Assembly (NCBI GenBank): GCA_963845245.1
Contig: CAWJRJ010000024.1
Coordinates: 1-64,000, forward strand
DNA from: Nitrospirota bacterium
Lineage (GTDB): Bacteria > Nitrospirota > JACRHJ01
Reading direction: 5' to 3'
DNA: 64,000 bases
The notes beneath the pieces are model-generated. The model searched no databases and had not been told where the DNA came from. It saw only the letters and a list, made by a program, of their open reading frames with translations. Shown here one piece after another: positions 1 to 10,879 of the stretch (positions are counted from its first letter, which is position 1; each line of letters opens with the position of its first letter). Position numbers and translations under genes: made by a program.

Positions 1-20
1 CAATTAAAAGCAATACGGTC

Positions 21-824
21 GTGAAAGACGTGCTTTCCTTCGGTATGCTGGGCACGGTACTCGTCTGGCTCGGCCACCTGATCCCGTACCTCACGACATG
101 CGCAGCCTTCACCTTCATCTACGCCTTGATGCCAAGCACCCGGGTAAAGTTCACCTCGGCGCTTGCAGGAGGAGTTTTCGCCGGAGTAATATGGGAGGTA
201 TCGGGCTGGGCCTTTACAACCTTTGTGGTCAACTCCACCAACTACTCCGCGGTATACTCGGGTTTCGCCATACTGATCGTGTTTATGATCTGGATCTACC
301 TGAGCTGGCTCATCTTCCTCCTGGGGGCAGCCGTGTCATTCTACACTCAGTACCCCAAGGCTGCACTAGGCAAGGCATCGCTCACTGGGCGCGAGACTGA
401 GCGGCTTGGCATTTCGGTCATGTTTATAATTGCCGAGGCCCACGCACAGGGAGGGAAATTGCCCACCTTGAGTTCCATTTCCGGTAGTCTGGGAGCCCCG
501 GCCGGCACCATTCAGACAGTTTTGGGGAAGCTTATAAAAGACGGGCTGGTCGTCGAGACCGGAGACGAGGTCAAATCCTATCTTCCGGCAAAGGCAATCG
601 ATAAGATCCTGGTCAGGGACGTCATAAAATCAGCCGCGCGGTTCGAGGGCGAAGGCGGGACACAGTCAAGAGGCTTACCGCAGGCTGAAGATGTGGTGCA
701 AAAGATTGATTCCGCCGTTGCCGGAGTACTTCGGCGAGGAGACTATAAAAGACCTCATTGCAAATCAAACCGAGAAGACCAAGGGGCAGAAGACGGCCAG
801 CGCGTAGCATCGTTCATGTCGTGA
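21..824 (+). CDS. YihY/BrkB-family inner membrane protein with C-terminal winged-helix domain (5' truncated by window edge)
   Basis: FIYALMPSTRVKFTSALAGG...YSAVYSGFAILIVFMIWIYLSW YihY signature. Probable indel near 735, so the true stop may be TAG at ~806. Confidence 0.85.
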   Translation: MKDVLSFGMLGTVLVWLGHLIPYLTTCAAFTFIYALMPSTRVKFTSALAGGVFAGVIWEVSGWAFTTFVVNSTNYSAVYSGFAILIVFMIWIYLSWLIFLLGAAVSFYTQYPKAALGKASLTGRETERLGISVMFIIAEAHAQGGKLPTLSSISGSLGAPAGTIQTVLGKLIKDGLVVETGDEVKSYLPAKAIDKILVRDVIKSAARFEGEGGTQSRGLPQAEDVVQKIDSAVAGVLRRGDYKRPHCKSNREDQGAEDGQRVASFMS

Positions 825-831
825 GTCGCAA

Positions 832-867
832 TGATTGAAAAGGGCCCTTTCGGACCCTTTTCAATCA
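832..867. terminator. Bidirectional intrinsic terminator
   Basis: Perfect 13-bp inverted repeat TGATTGAAAAGGG / CCCTTTTCAATCA between convergent genes. Confidence 0.85.
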
Positions 868-881
868 CTCTTTATTGACTG

Positions 882-2497
882 CTATTCCTTGTCGCCTTTC
901 GGCACGAACTTCACGTTATTATATTTTTTTATCAGGCCCTTGTTTTGCGGGGAATTCTTGAGCAGGATATCGGCCGTCTTGTCGGCGTATACCAGATGCC
1001 AGACTCCGCTTGCCTCAAGGAGCTGGCAGAGCGGGGTATTGGCGCTGAATATCACCCAGTCCACCCCGTATTTGTCAAGGACTCCCTCGAAGCCCTTTTC
1101 GGCCCTGGCGACCTTCACGTACTCTTTTAAAAACGTCACGCCGTACATGTCGGAGCGCCCGTCGAAGAACACCTTGTATGCCGGGTATCCCCGGTAGATG
1201 ATATATCCGCCCCAACCGTCGTTGTTGAACATCCTCCCGTTTATCCCGTTTTTCACGGCAAACTCGAACGCGTCGACCGGAAAGATTTTCTTGTCGTGCC
1301 TGTAGTCCATCAATTGCCTGCCGAACGCCATGCCGCCATTTAAAGCTATGACAAAACAAGCTGCAAGCGAGGCGTAGACCCAAAGGTGCGTCCGGAACCT
1401 GTGTTCAAACATGGCCATTTCACCAGACTTTTTCGCAAGCAACCTGCTGACCCTGCTTATCGGGCCTTCCTCAGGTAACCGCTCTGCCATCCCCATAAAC
1501 ACATCGGAAGACCTCGGTGCGACAATCGGTGTTGCCACGAGCGCCAGCAGCGGTATATACCTGGCGGAGTAAAGGGACATGTGTGTGAGGAGCAGGAGTA
1601 GCGCCCCCTCTATCATGTCCACCCTCTTTTTTGAGATAATTATGATAGCGGCATACAGAAGGAACATGAACTCGAATACCTTGTCCGTGTGAAAATCGGG
1701 AGAAAGCCATTCTTGTATGTTGTCCATTATGTATGCGCGCCCGACCAGGTGGAACGGGAAGTAGAGTATGGCCGGGCCGTGCGGGTTTACGAATGTCGCG
1801 AGTAACATAAATAGTACGACAAGCGAGAATGCCTTCGCCCTTTTTCCAGATGCCTTGTCGACCCTGCCCGAAACAACCCACGAGAACAGGTTGCCGCCAG
1901 CGTAGACGATGGCCATTATAAGGCCCAGTATGTAGCCGCCGTGCAGGTTTACCCATACGAGGGTAAAAAGCGGCAGAAGCCACAGCCTGCCCTTGCCCTC
2001 CCTGTGATATCCATCAAGGACAATAAACGTGGCAAGTGTTAGGGGCATAGAGAAGATATGCGGCCTCGCCAGCCAGTGGAGCGACGATGCCAGGGCGGCT
2101 ATTACCGTCAAATATAACTGCGGTAAAAACGCCCACCCCCCTCTTAATCAGATACCTGTACAGCATGAAAGACGTGAACGCTACTATGGAAGCCGTCAAG
2201 GCCACCACCCCGTTAAGCCCGGCAATCCTGTGGAATGAACGCGAATATTATTTCGGCCAGCCACTCGTGTGATGTCCATGGCGTATGCGGCATGGTGTAA
2301 GAGTACGGGTCGGAAAAGGGTACAGAGAGGGTGTCCAGGATACCCTTACCGGTTATTATATGCCAGCCTGTATCACCGTCCGCAAGGAACTGTACCCCGT
2401 ATCTCAACGACCAGAAAAAAAGACACAGAAATATCAAATCTGATACCGACGGGAAGATCCAGTCGACAATGCTTCTCTTCTGTCCCAACGGCCTCAT
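882..2497 (-). CDS. Polytopic membrane protein, putative GT-C glycosyltransferase (DGDTGWH type), copy A; 2 apparent frameshifts
   Basis: ORF pieces 2213-2641, 2014-2208 and 882-2111 join into one protein: LADGDTGWH...DPYSYT..PWTSHEWL...ARPH...WVNLHGG...NPHG...IQEW.SPDF...FFDGR. ATG at 2497 overlaps the upstream stop (ATGA). Confidence 0.7.
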
Positions 2498-4016
2498 AGG
2501 CTCTTCCGCCTTAACAATATCTCGGCTGTCGAATCGGAATATACCTTTTCCCAGCCTTTCGCCTCCAGCAGCCTGCAAAGCTGCGACCCCGAGTCGAATA
2601 TCACCCAGTCGACCTTGTATTTGTCCAGTATATCCATGCACCCGACCTGCGCCTTAGAGACGGTCAGGTACTCTTTCATCATCTTGGGGCCGTAGGTCTC
2701 GAAACGTCCGTCGATAAAAACCCTATATTCAGGGTAACCCTTATATAAAATGTAGCCGCCCCAACCGTCGCTATTGAACATCCTGCCTTTTATCCCTTTA
2801 CTGGCCGCATATTCGAATGCCTTTACCGGGAACCTTTCTGCGCTGAAGCGGTAATCCATTATCCTGGATCCGCGCACATACCCGCCGTTAAGTGCGATGG
2901 CCACAGCAGCGGCAACCGCTGCAACCGGCATGATATGTCCCCTGAGACTCAGTTCCATATCCGAAAGCGCTGACAACCTGGCACGTATCCTTTCCAGAGG
3001 CCCGTACCCTGGATGCATTATAAACCTGCCCGGCACCTCTCCCAGCTTGCCAGCAGCAATTGGCGCAACTATTATCGCGAACATAGGGATGAAGCGCAGG
3101 GACGAGAGCGCCAGATGCGCCATCATGACCAGCACCACGCCTTCAATCAGGTCCGGTCCCTTGCGCAACAATACCAGTATTGCCAACACCCCGAGCAGCA
3201 TAGCCTCGAATAGTTTCTCATTATGGAAATTCGGAGAGGCCCATTCCTGAATATTACCGACTATGTCCTCCTGCCCAATCAGCTTGAACGGAAATGAAAA
3301 GATGGACAGGCCGTGGGGGTTCAAAAGCGCGGCCAGCATACACGCAGCCAGGACAATGAAAAGCCGACGCGCCATTTTTGCAGTCTCAGTTTTTGATTCC
3401 CCTATATACCAGTAGACCAGGTTCCCGAATGCATAGAGTGAGACAAATACCAGGCCGAGAAAAAACGCCGCATGCAGGTTTGCCCATAGGACAGGTGAGC
3501 AGCGGCAACAGGTACAGCCTATCCTTCAGGCCACGCTGGTAGTCTTCGAGTATCCAGAAGAACAACAGCATCAGCGGATATGAGATTATATGCGGCCTTG
3601 CAAGCATGCTGCCTGCCGACACGGATGCAGCGAATACGGTAAACAAGGCTGCTGTAAGCGGGTTTATGCCCCTTTCCTGCATTAACCTGTAGGCCAGCCA
3701 GAAAGTAAAGGCTATAATGGACGCCGAGAAAACGACAACTGCGTTCAGCCCGCCCAGCCCTGTGTACCAATGCAAATAACACCTCCGACAGCCACTCGTG
3801 CGATATCCAGTCGATCCCCGGTACAGTATGAGAATACGTCTCCGTGTGCGGTATTGAAAGTGTCTTTAGTATATACTCGCCTGCCACCAGGTGCCAGCCG
3901 GTGTCCCCGTCGTTCAAGAGCGTACCGCCCAGGAAAAGCACGCGCAGGAATATGCTCACAAACAGCACGTCGCCGATCGACGGCATCAGGAATCTTTTTA
4001 ATCCCGCTCTTTCCAC
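2494..4016 (-). CDS. Paralogous putative GT-C glycosyltransferase (DGDTGWH type), copy B; ~3 apparent frameshifts
   Basis: Pieces 3519-4016, 3386-3775 and 2494-3375 share LNDGDTGWH, HEWL, ARPH, NPHG, IQEW.SPNF, GWGGY and FIDGR motifs with copy A. Confidence 0.7.
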
Positions 4017-5714
4017 ACTATCCCCTCAGGCATTTTGTACTTGGTTGTTATGTGCCCGCTTTCCATAACTCCGGAAAACCAGCCATCTTCCTCCCAGAAA
4101 ACTCCTTCCGGCAATAGCAGTCGCACTGCTGGAAAGAAACCTTTACCCTCTAGCCTTACTGGCCCTATCTTACGGTTTTTCCTGCGTGCGGGGTCATAAC
4201 CGAAGACGGTGACATCGAAGGTTACCTCTGCAGGCCCGGAGGCGGTCGTATCATATCCGACGCCTATCGTATAGATGCCCGGCAAGGCCTTCAATACCGA
4301 CACCGTGCCTCCTTTGGCCCCGCCGTCTTCCTTGAACTCCGGGGCAGCCGTTTGCGCCATACCCTTGGCAAGCGGGTGCGGCGCCCATTTGCGTTGTGTG
4401 GACAGGACGGCTCCGGCTGCGTTGTGTTCGATCCTCACTACCAGGTCCATCCGAGTTTTGGCCGGATCGACTGGCGTGGCGTACACCACCTCCACCATAT
4501 CCGCAGCCGTCACACCAGTTGCATCAGCCGTGTCCACACGTATCAGGTTCCTTCCTTCATCGAGCGAGATTTCAGATTCAAACTCTCCATCCCTCACAAG
4601 CAACTCTCTTTGCCTTCCGCCAAGGGTCAGTACCACTGAGACTATACCGTATCCGGATACCTTACCTTTTACTGCCACCACTTTCTTGTCCGAGTGCCCA
4701 GCTGCGGGACTGGTCAGCCTGATTGCCGGAGGCTTCTGACTAGAGACTTCGTCTTTGGCGCTATTAATGGCCTTGGCCTTTGCTGGTTCAGCATGGTTTA
4801 ACTCAGCGGCAAAGACCCTGCCAGGAAGGGCTGGCTTTTTTTGCGACAAATCCTCAAAAGACGGACCGGATGGCTCAGATGTGCCACCGGAAACAGGGGC
4901 AAAAGACGTTTTAGCTACAATATGGTCTTCCTGTCGGATAGGGGCAGCCGATACTGAAAGTGGTGATTTACCTGGTGCCACTGTTTCCTTTACCGTTTGG
5001 GCCAACGCTGCCGCGCCTTCCCCGGTTGATGTGGAAGAAAACACCTTCAATCCGATATCCGGCCTTGGGACAGACGGCCCGGCGGTCTCTAACACGGCCA
5101 TTGTCGTGTTGTGCCTGAAGACGGCTTCATCTTTAACGGTGGAATATGACTTGAATCGCACGCTAGTCAACCGGAACATGTCTGGCCAGTGTATGGCTTT
5201 TCTCTTTAGCTTCCGTTAAGTTTTGTTTCTCACCGTCTTCTTCGACGGTCAATGCATCACCCCTTATGAATGTTATCCCCTCTTCTTTTCCTGGGTCCGC
5301 GAAAGGACGGGAAACAGCGCCATTGATTTCTTCTGCAGGGCGCTCAGCCGTTTCATTCCCATTGGACTGTGCGGTATCTTCCTCGCCAATGGTTGATGTT
5401 ACCGGCTGCGTACCTGCCGCAGGCTCGGCCCTGTTAGCGTATGCGGCATTGACAGCAGACATATCGGCTTTCGCGGGTTTGTCCGCGTCCGCAAACCTTG
5501 CCTTAAGCTTCTCCAAGGTGACGTACGTCAAAACCGCCTCCACAGGCTCGGGCCTTTGCAACCCCGTGATAAAAGAAAGCAGAGGGCCGTATGATATAGC
5601 AAAGAAAAAGACGTGTGCGCAGAGCGAGCCCAAGAGGAACAAGGACCAGTACGGCCCTTCGTTAAAATTTTCTCCCCTTTTTATCCGTTTTTTAATTTTG
5701 CCCTTTTTGGACAC
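3998..5714 (-). CDS. Membrane-anchored exported protein with Ala/Pro/Ser-rich linker and C-terminal Ig-like beta domains; probably one gene split near 5170
   Basis: Basic N-terminus plus one TM helix (5163-5714). 3998-5179 has V.VKGKV...F...ISLDEGRNLIRV.TAD.TG (bacterial Ig-like pattern). The ORFs overlap by 17 nt. Confidence 0.5.
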
Positions 5715-7226
5715 TTAAAGATCCCCTTTGCCGAGAAGCGGTGCGACCCTCCCGACCTTTTGGAGCGCGTCTACATCGTCATAATAAACCAGAACATTAT
5801 CTCCGGGCAAATATATTTTCCTGGCTTCTTCGGGCATGCCGTGCATATCCGCCCTTGAGTAGTTCACAAAGTCGATAAAGTGCCTTGTCCCCGGCAAGAA
5901 GGTTATTTTTTTCTCAACCTCGGTCATCCTGCCTTCCCCACGGAATATATGTGGGCCACCGGGCGCGGAAATGACGCTGGTGTCATGTACCCGGTACTCC
6001 GGAAAGTAATACATCGCGTGCCTGAAATTCAAATAGTATCTGCTGCTGCCGATAATCTCTGTATCGGCCGGCGAAAAATTGCGCCTGACCGCATCGATAT
6101 ACGTGGAAACCAATCTGTCGTGGTCTTTAATCATTTGTAATCCCATGACGCGTTCATCGATCAGGAATATGAGCGCATTAACTACTATGACAAGAGACAG
6201 AACTACAACCTTTAGCCGGCGGGCTACCGCCGGAGTAATATGCGGGAGCACCTCGGGTATGGCAATCATTGCCCTGCCCGATATTACGAAAAGTCCTACC
6301 AGATATATCAGGCTGTATCCAGGGACGATCGAGGCCGTGAAAATTATCAGGTGAAAAAGTATTGAAGGCAACAGCCAAAATGACAGAAATATTATAGTTT
6401 CCGTCTCCGGCCATTTTAAAAGTTTCCTAACCCTGAAGTATGCAGCTGCTGCAAGAAGTGCAACAGAGACTCCCAGCCCCCAGAACAGAAAGACTGACAT
6501 ATAATGGCCATTGTAACTTATCCACTCCAGGTTTATGTCATGGCTGGCAGCAGACAGCCAGTGGGCCATCAGGGCTTCGCGGTATCTATCGTATCCGCCA
6601 GTCATATGCAGCATGGGTATAAACCACGCCGCAAGGGCCGCTCCGAATATTGCAAAGCTCGCTGCCACCCTCCTGAGACTCAGCCCCCTCATCGAATAAA
6701 CCCACAGCGGGAACAAAAAAACCATTGTGTTCTGCCGTATCCCGCCTGCGACGGCGAGTGTAACCGCAGCGACCCAATAAAGCCCGCCCTCTCCCCTCAT
6801 CATCCTCAGGCAGATGTAGGCGAATAAGGCGCTCATTAACGCCTCCGGCATGTAGGAGAGGGCTACCTCTCCGTTCAGCCAGAAAAGCGGCGAGGTTATA
6901 GCGATAGCCGACGCCGCGATCCCCGTTTCAACATTATACAATTCATTGGCCAACATATAAACCGCAACTACGGCCATTGAACTGGAAATTATGCTTATAG
7001 CGACAAACGCGGTATTTTCGTCGCCGGTAAAATTGAGGAATAACCGGCCCAACATCACGTACAGGAAATACCCCGGCGGATGAGGCTGATGCAGCGCAAC
7101 GTCAAATTTTCCGGTACCCAGCGCAAACTGGACAGAGTCCATGTTAAAAAGATATTTGGACGTAAAAGGGAGACGCGTCACAACTACTGCCAGTGCAAGA
7201 AGTAATGGCCTGCTCAGGTTACGCAT
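5715..7226 (-). CDS. DUF2723/TMEM260-like GT-C membrane glycosyltransferase, copy 1
   Basis: NMDSVQFAL...HQPHPPGYFLY motif after TM1; many TM segments; soluble C-terminal domain. Start reassigned to ATG 7226 by paralog alignment. Confidence 0.75.
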   Translation of the reverse strand: MRNLSRPLLLALAVVVTRLPFTSKYLFNMDSVQFALGTGKFDVALHQPHPPGYFLYVMLGRLFLNFTGDENTAFVAISIISSSMAVVAVYMLANELYNVETGIAASAIAITSPLFWLNGEVALSYMPEALMSALFAYICLRMMRGEGGLYWVAAVTLAVAGGIRQNTMVFLFPLWVYSMRGLSLRRVAASFAIFGAALAAWFIPMLHMTGGYDRYREALMAHWLSAASHDINLEWISYNGHYMSVFLFWGLGVSVALLAAAAYFRVRKLLKWPETETIIFLSFWLLPSILFHLIIFTASIVPGYSLIYLVGLFVISGRAMIAIPEVLPHITPAVARRLKVVVLSLVIVVNALIFLIDERVMGLQMIKDHDRLVSTYIDAVRRNFSPADTEIIGSSRYYLNFRHAMYYFPEYRVHDTSVISAPGGPHIFRGEGRMTEVEKKITFLPGTRHFIDFVNYSRADMHGMPEEARKIYLPGDNVLVYYDDVDALQKVGRVAPLLGKGDL

Positions 7227-7230
7227 ATAT

Positions 7231-8766
7231 TTAATTCCTGTCATGCCTGGCCACGGACACCTTATCATTTCTGAGGAGCGGGGCTATCCTGTCCACCTTC
7301 CGAAGTCCGTCTAAGCTTTCATAATAGACCAGGAAACAATCGTCCGGAAGGCTTATGAACTTCGCGCCGGACGGCATGCCTGAAATCTCCGATTTGCTAT
7401 AGTTGGCAAAGTCAATTAAACGCCTCGTCCCCGGCTGGAAGGAGATATCTTTTTCCATCGATGTGATGCGTCCCGTCCCACATAGTATATGCGGCCCTCC
7501 CGGCCCCGACAATACGGTGGTGTCATGCGCCCTGAATTCAGGGAGGTAGTACATGGCATGCCGGTAACTCAGGAAAAACCTGTTGCTCCCGATGATTTCA
7601 GTGTCAGTCGGCGAAAAATTTTGTTTTACAACATCCACGTATTCAGCAACCATAAGGTCATGGCCTTTCACCGCTCCATACGAAAACTGCGTCGGCACAA
7701 AAAGGAACAACGCGGTATTGCCCACCAATAACGGGTACAGGGTGGCCTTCATCAAATAACCGCGCTTATCTGGGGGCGTTTCAGTTTTTGCAAAGGAGAT
7801 GACCGTGAGCGCCCGCCCGGCAAGTATGAACAGACCGACCATATATATCAGGCTGTAGCCCGGTATTGCATGGTGCGTAAAAATCAGCAGGTGGAAAAGG
7901 AACGCGGGCAACAACCAGAACACAAAAAACGGAGCGGCATCGGATTTGCCGCCTTTAACGGCCCCTTTCATCCGAAAATACGCCCATGCCACTATAGGGG
8001 TGGCCGCAGCGCCGAGCCCGCCCATCATAAAGAGAAACATGTACCGCCCGTTATAGGCTATCCAGTTAAGGTGTATACCCCTCCAGTTTGAATCCAGCCA
8101 TATAGCCTTCAGGGCCGCGTTGTACCTTTCGTACCCGCCGGTCATATGCAGCATTGGTATAAACCACGCCGCAAGGGCAATACCGAATATTACAAAGCTC
8201 GCTATCATCCTCCTCAGCCCCAGCCCCCTCATGGAATAAAGCCACAAAGGTAACAGGAATACCATCGTGTTCTGCCGTATCCCGCCGGAAACCGCGAGCG
8301 CTATGGCAGCCGCCCAGTACAGCCCGCTTTCGCCTTTTTGCATCCTGAAGCAAAGAAGCGCAAACAGCACGCTCATACATGCTTCCGGCGCATATGAAAG
8401 AGCCACCTCTCCGTGGAACCAGAAGACCGGCGACGTTATGGCTATAGCCGCAGCAGCAACCGCGGTTGGTGTGTCGAATATCACTTTTGCCAGGTGGTAG
8501 ACGGCCAATACGGCAAGGACGCTGAATAAGATGCTTATCGCTACGAACGCCGTATTCTCGTCTTTGGTGAACAGTAGAAAAAACCTGCCCAGCATCACGT
8601 ACAGGAAATATCCCGGCGGATGAGGCTGATGTAGCGCAACATCGAACTTTCCGGTCGCCAGCGCAAACTGGACGGAGTCCATGTTAAATAGGTATTTGGA
8701 CGTAAACGGGAGGCGCGTCGCGATTACTGCGATGGCAAGGATTAACGTCGTACTCAGGTTACGCAT
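7231..8766 (-). CDS. DUF2723/TMEM260-like GT-C membrane glycosyltransferase, copy 2
   Basis: Same motifs; collinear full-length paralog of both neighbours. Confidence 0.75.
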   Translation of the reverse strand: MRNLSTTLILAIAVIATRLPFTSKYLFNMDSVQFALATGKFDVALHQPHPPGYFLYVMLGRFFLLFTKDENTAFVAISILFSVLAVLAVYHLAKVIFDTPTAVAAAAIAITSPVFWFHGEVALSYAPEACMSVLFALLCFRMQKGESGLYWAAAIALAVSGGIRQNTMVFLLPLWLYSMRGLGLRRMIASFVIFGIALAAWFIPMLHMTGGYERYNAALKAIWLDSNWRGIHLNWIAYNGRYMFLFMMGGLGAAATPIVAWAYFRMKGAVKGGKSDAAPFFVFWLLPAFLFHLLIFTHHAIPGYSLIYMVGLFILAGRALTVISFAKTETPPDKRGYLMKATLYPLLVGNTALFLFVPTQFSYGAVKGHDLMVAEYVDVVKQNFSPTDTEIIGSNRFFLSYRHAMYYLPEFRAHDTTVLSGPGGPHILCGTGRITSMEKDISFQPGTRRLIDFANYSKSEISGMPSGAKFISLPDDCFLVYYESLDGLRKVDRIAPLLRNDKVSVARHDRN

Positions 8767-8781
8767 ACATTTAATTCCTTT

Positions 8782-10308
8782 TTACCCTTTACAACGTAGC
8801 GGCTTATCATTCCTGAGGAACGGGGCTATCCTATCCACCCTTCGAAGGGAGTCTACACTTTCGTAATAGACCAGGATATTATTATCCGGGAGGCTTATGA
8901 ACCTTGCACCTGGCGGCATACCGGCCAGATCCGTTTTGTCGTAATTGAGGAAATCTATAAAATGCCTCGTCCCCGGCTTGAAGGAGATATTCTTTTCCAT
9001 CGAGGTCATGCGTCCCGTCCCGCAGAGTACATGCGGCCCTCCGGGCCCTGACAGCACTTTGGTGTCATGCAGCCTGAACTCCGGAAGATAGTACATGGCA
9101 TGTCTGTAGCTAAGGATGAACCTGTCACATCCGACAATCTCGGTGTCATTTGGTGAAAAATTGTGCCTTACTGCATCCACGTATTCTGAAACCAACAGGT
9201 CGTGGCTCTTGATCGCTTTATAAGAATATTGTGTCGGGATAAGCAGGAACAATGCGGCATTGGCTGCCAATAAAGGGTACAGGGTAGCCTTTATCAATAT
9301 GCCGCGCTTTTCTAGCGGTGTCTCGCCGGTTACAAATGAGAGGGCCGTGAGTGCCCGTCCGGCAAGTATAAAAATACCGACCATGTAAATAAGGCTGTGG
9401 CCCGGCACGGCAGGGTGTGTAAATATTATAAGATGGAACAATAACGCAGGCATCATCCAAGCAATGAAGAAGACCGCGTATGAAGGCCCTGTTTCCTTGA
9501 GAAAACCCCTCAGCCAAAAGTATACCGCGGCAGTAAGCGGCACAATTGCTGCACCAAGCCCAAAAAGCAAAAACATGGCCATGTACCGCCCGTTGTAGGC
9601 TATCCAGTTAAGGTGTATGCCCCTCCAGTTTGCGTCGAGCCAATGGGCTCTCAGGGCCGCGCTGTATCTTTCGTACCCGCCGGTCATATGCAGCATGGGT
9701 ACAAACCACGCCGCAAGGGTTATTCCGAATATTGCAAGGCTCACCATCACCCTTTTAAGCCCCAGCCCCCTCATTGAATAAAGCCACAAAGGTAATAGGA
9801 ACACCATCGTGTTCTGCCTTATCCCGCCGGCGACTGCAAGCGCCACGGCTGCTGCCCAGTAAAGCCTGCTTTCACCTTTTTGCATCCTGAAGCAAAGAAG
9901 CGCGAACAACACGCTCATGAACGCCTCAGGCGCGTATGAAAGCGCTACTTCTCCGTGGAGCCAGAAGACCGGAGACGTTATGGCGATAGCCGCCGCGGCA
10001 ACCGCGCTTTCCTTGTCGAATACTTCTTTCGCCAGATAATAAACTCCAATAACTGTCAAGACGCTGAATAAAATACTTATCGCTACGAACGCGGTATTCT
10101 CATCCTTGGTGAACAGGAGAAAAAACCTGCCCATCATTACGTACAGGAAGTACCCCGGCGGCTGCGGCTGATGTAGCGCAACGTCGAACTTTCCAGTTGC
10201 CAGCGCAAACTGGACTGAGTCCATGTTAAAGAGGTATTTGGACGTAAACGGGAGGCGCGTTGCGATTACTGCGATGGCAAGGATTAACGTCGTACTCAGG
10301 TTACGCAT
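8782..10308 (-). CDS. DUF2723/TMEM260-like GT-C membrane glycosyltransferase, copy 3
   Basis: First 48 aa identical to copy 2; motif variant HQPQPPGY; start ATG 10308. Confidence 0.75.
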   Translation of the reverse strand: MRNLSTTLILAIAVIATRLPFTSKYLFNMDSVQFALATGKFDVALHQPQPPGYFLYVMMGRFFLLFTKDENTAFVAISILFSVLTVIGVYYLAKEVFDKESAVAAAAIAITSPVFWLHGEVALSYAPEAFMSVLFALLCFRMQKGESRLYWAAAVALAVAGGIRQNTMVFLLPLWLYSMRGLGLKRVMVSLAIFGITLAAWFVPMLHMTGGYERYSAALRAHWLDANWRGIHLNWIAYNGRYMAMFLLFGLGAAIVPLTAAVYFWLRGFLKETGPSYAVFFIAWMMPALLFHLIIFTHPAVPGHSLIYMVGIFILAGRALTALSFVTGETPLEKRGILIKATLYPLLAANAALFLLIPTQYSYKAIKSHDLLVSEYVDAVRHNFSPNDTEIVGCDRFILSYRHAMYYLPEFRLHDTKVLSGPGGPHVLCGTGRMTSMEKNISFKPGTRHFIDFLNYDKTDLAGMPPGARFISLPDNNILVYYESVDSLRRVDRIAPFLRNDKPLRCKG

Positions 10309-10327
10309 AGAATTACCATACTGCAAA

Positions 10328-10681
10328 TCAACTGACCCAGCCTTCAAATGACAGCTGGTCGCCGGCTTCGATGCCGACTTTGCGGGCAGTACCCGAAGGG
10401 ACCTCGATGACGCCCGCCGCAAATGGGTGCCACGAAGATGCCCTGAACGGTTTCAGCCCATTATAAACCGAAACAACCCTCATTTTCCTGTCGAAAAAAA
10501 CTGCATCAATGGCAAACCGCATCCAAAACGTATGGATAGAGGTACATGGTTTTATTACCAGCCCTTCCCCTTCCGGGAGCGAGTCACGGCCAAGTAGGCC
10601 CTTCATCCTATCCAGCGTCTTCTCTGCAAGACTCGCCCGCTCTGCAACGGTCCTGCCTTTCGTCGTGTTTGTTATCTTCAA
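10328..10681 (-). CDS. DUF192 family protein
   Basis: RMKGLLGR..L..GEGL.I.PC.SIHTFWMRFAID.VF.D signature. Confidence 0.9.
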   Translation of the reverse strand: MKITNTTKGRTVAERASLAEKTLDRMKGLLGRDSLPEGEGLVIKPCTSIHTFWMRFAIDAVFFDRKMRVVSVYNGLKPFRASSWHPFAAGVIEVPSGTARKVGIEAGDQLSFEGWVS

Positions 10682-10703
10682 GCTTGCCTCTTAAAACAAA
10701 GAA

Positions 10704-10739
10704 AGGGCCGCCTCATTCCGTTATTTTTGAGGCGGCCCT
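10704..10739 (-). terminator. Intrinsic terminator at the end of the core tad operon
   Basis: 12-bp inverted repeat AGGGCCGCCTCA / TGAGGCGGCCCT followed by a U-rich tract on the minus strand. Confidence 0.7.
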
Positions 10740-10753
10740 ACAACTGACACCGG

Positions 10754-10846
10754 TTATTTTTTCTGCCCAAGCTTAGCTATAATAAGCGCAAGTTCCACGT
10801 TTCCAACCAGAATCAGGCATAATACAAAAAGCTCAAAATTGGACAT
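10754..10846 (-). CDS. 30-aa hydrophobic small protein (not in ORF track)
   Basis: GAGGAGG RBS 6 nt before ATG; MSNFELFVLCLILVGNVELALIIAKLGQKK*; lies between the tadC stop and the terminator. Confidence 0.6.
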   Translation of the reverse strand: MSNFELFVLCLILVGNVELALIIAKLGQKK

Positions 10847-10879
10847 AGCCGACCTCCTCTCAGGTTGTAGAAAACTCCA

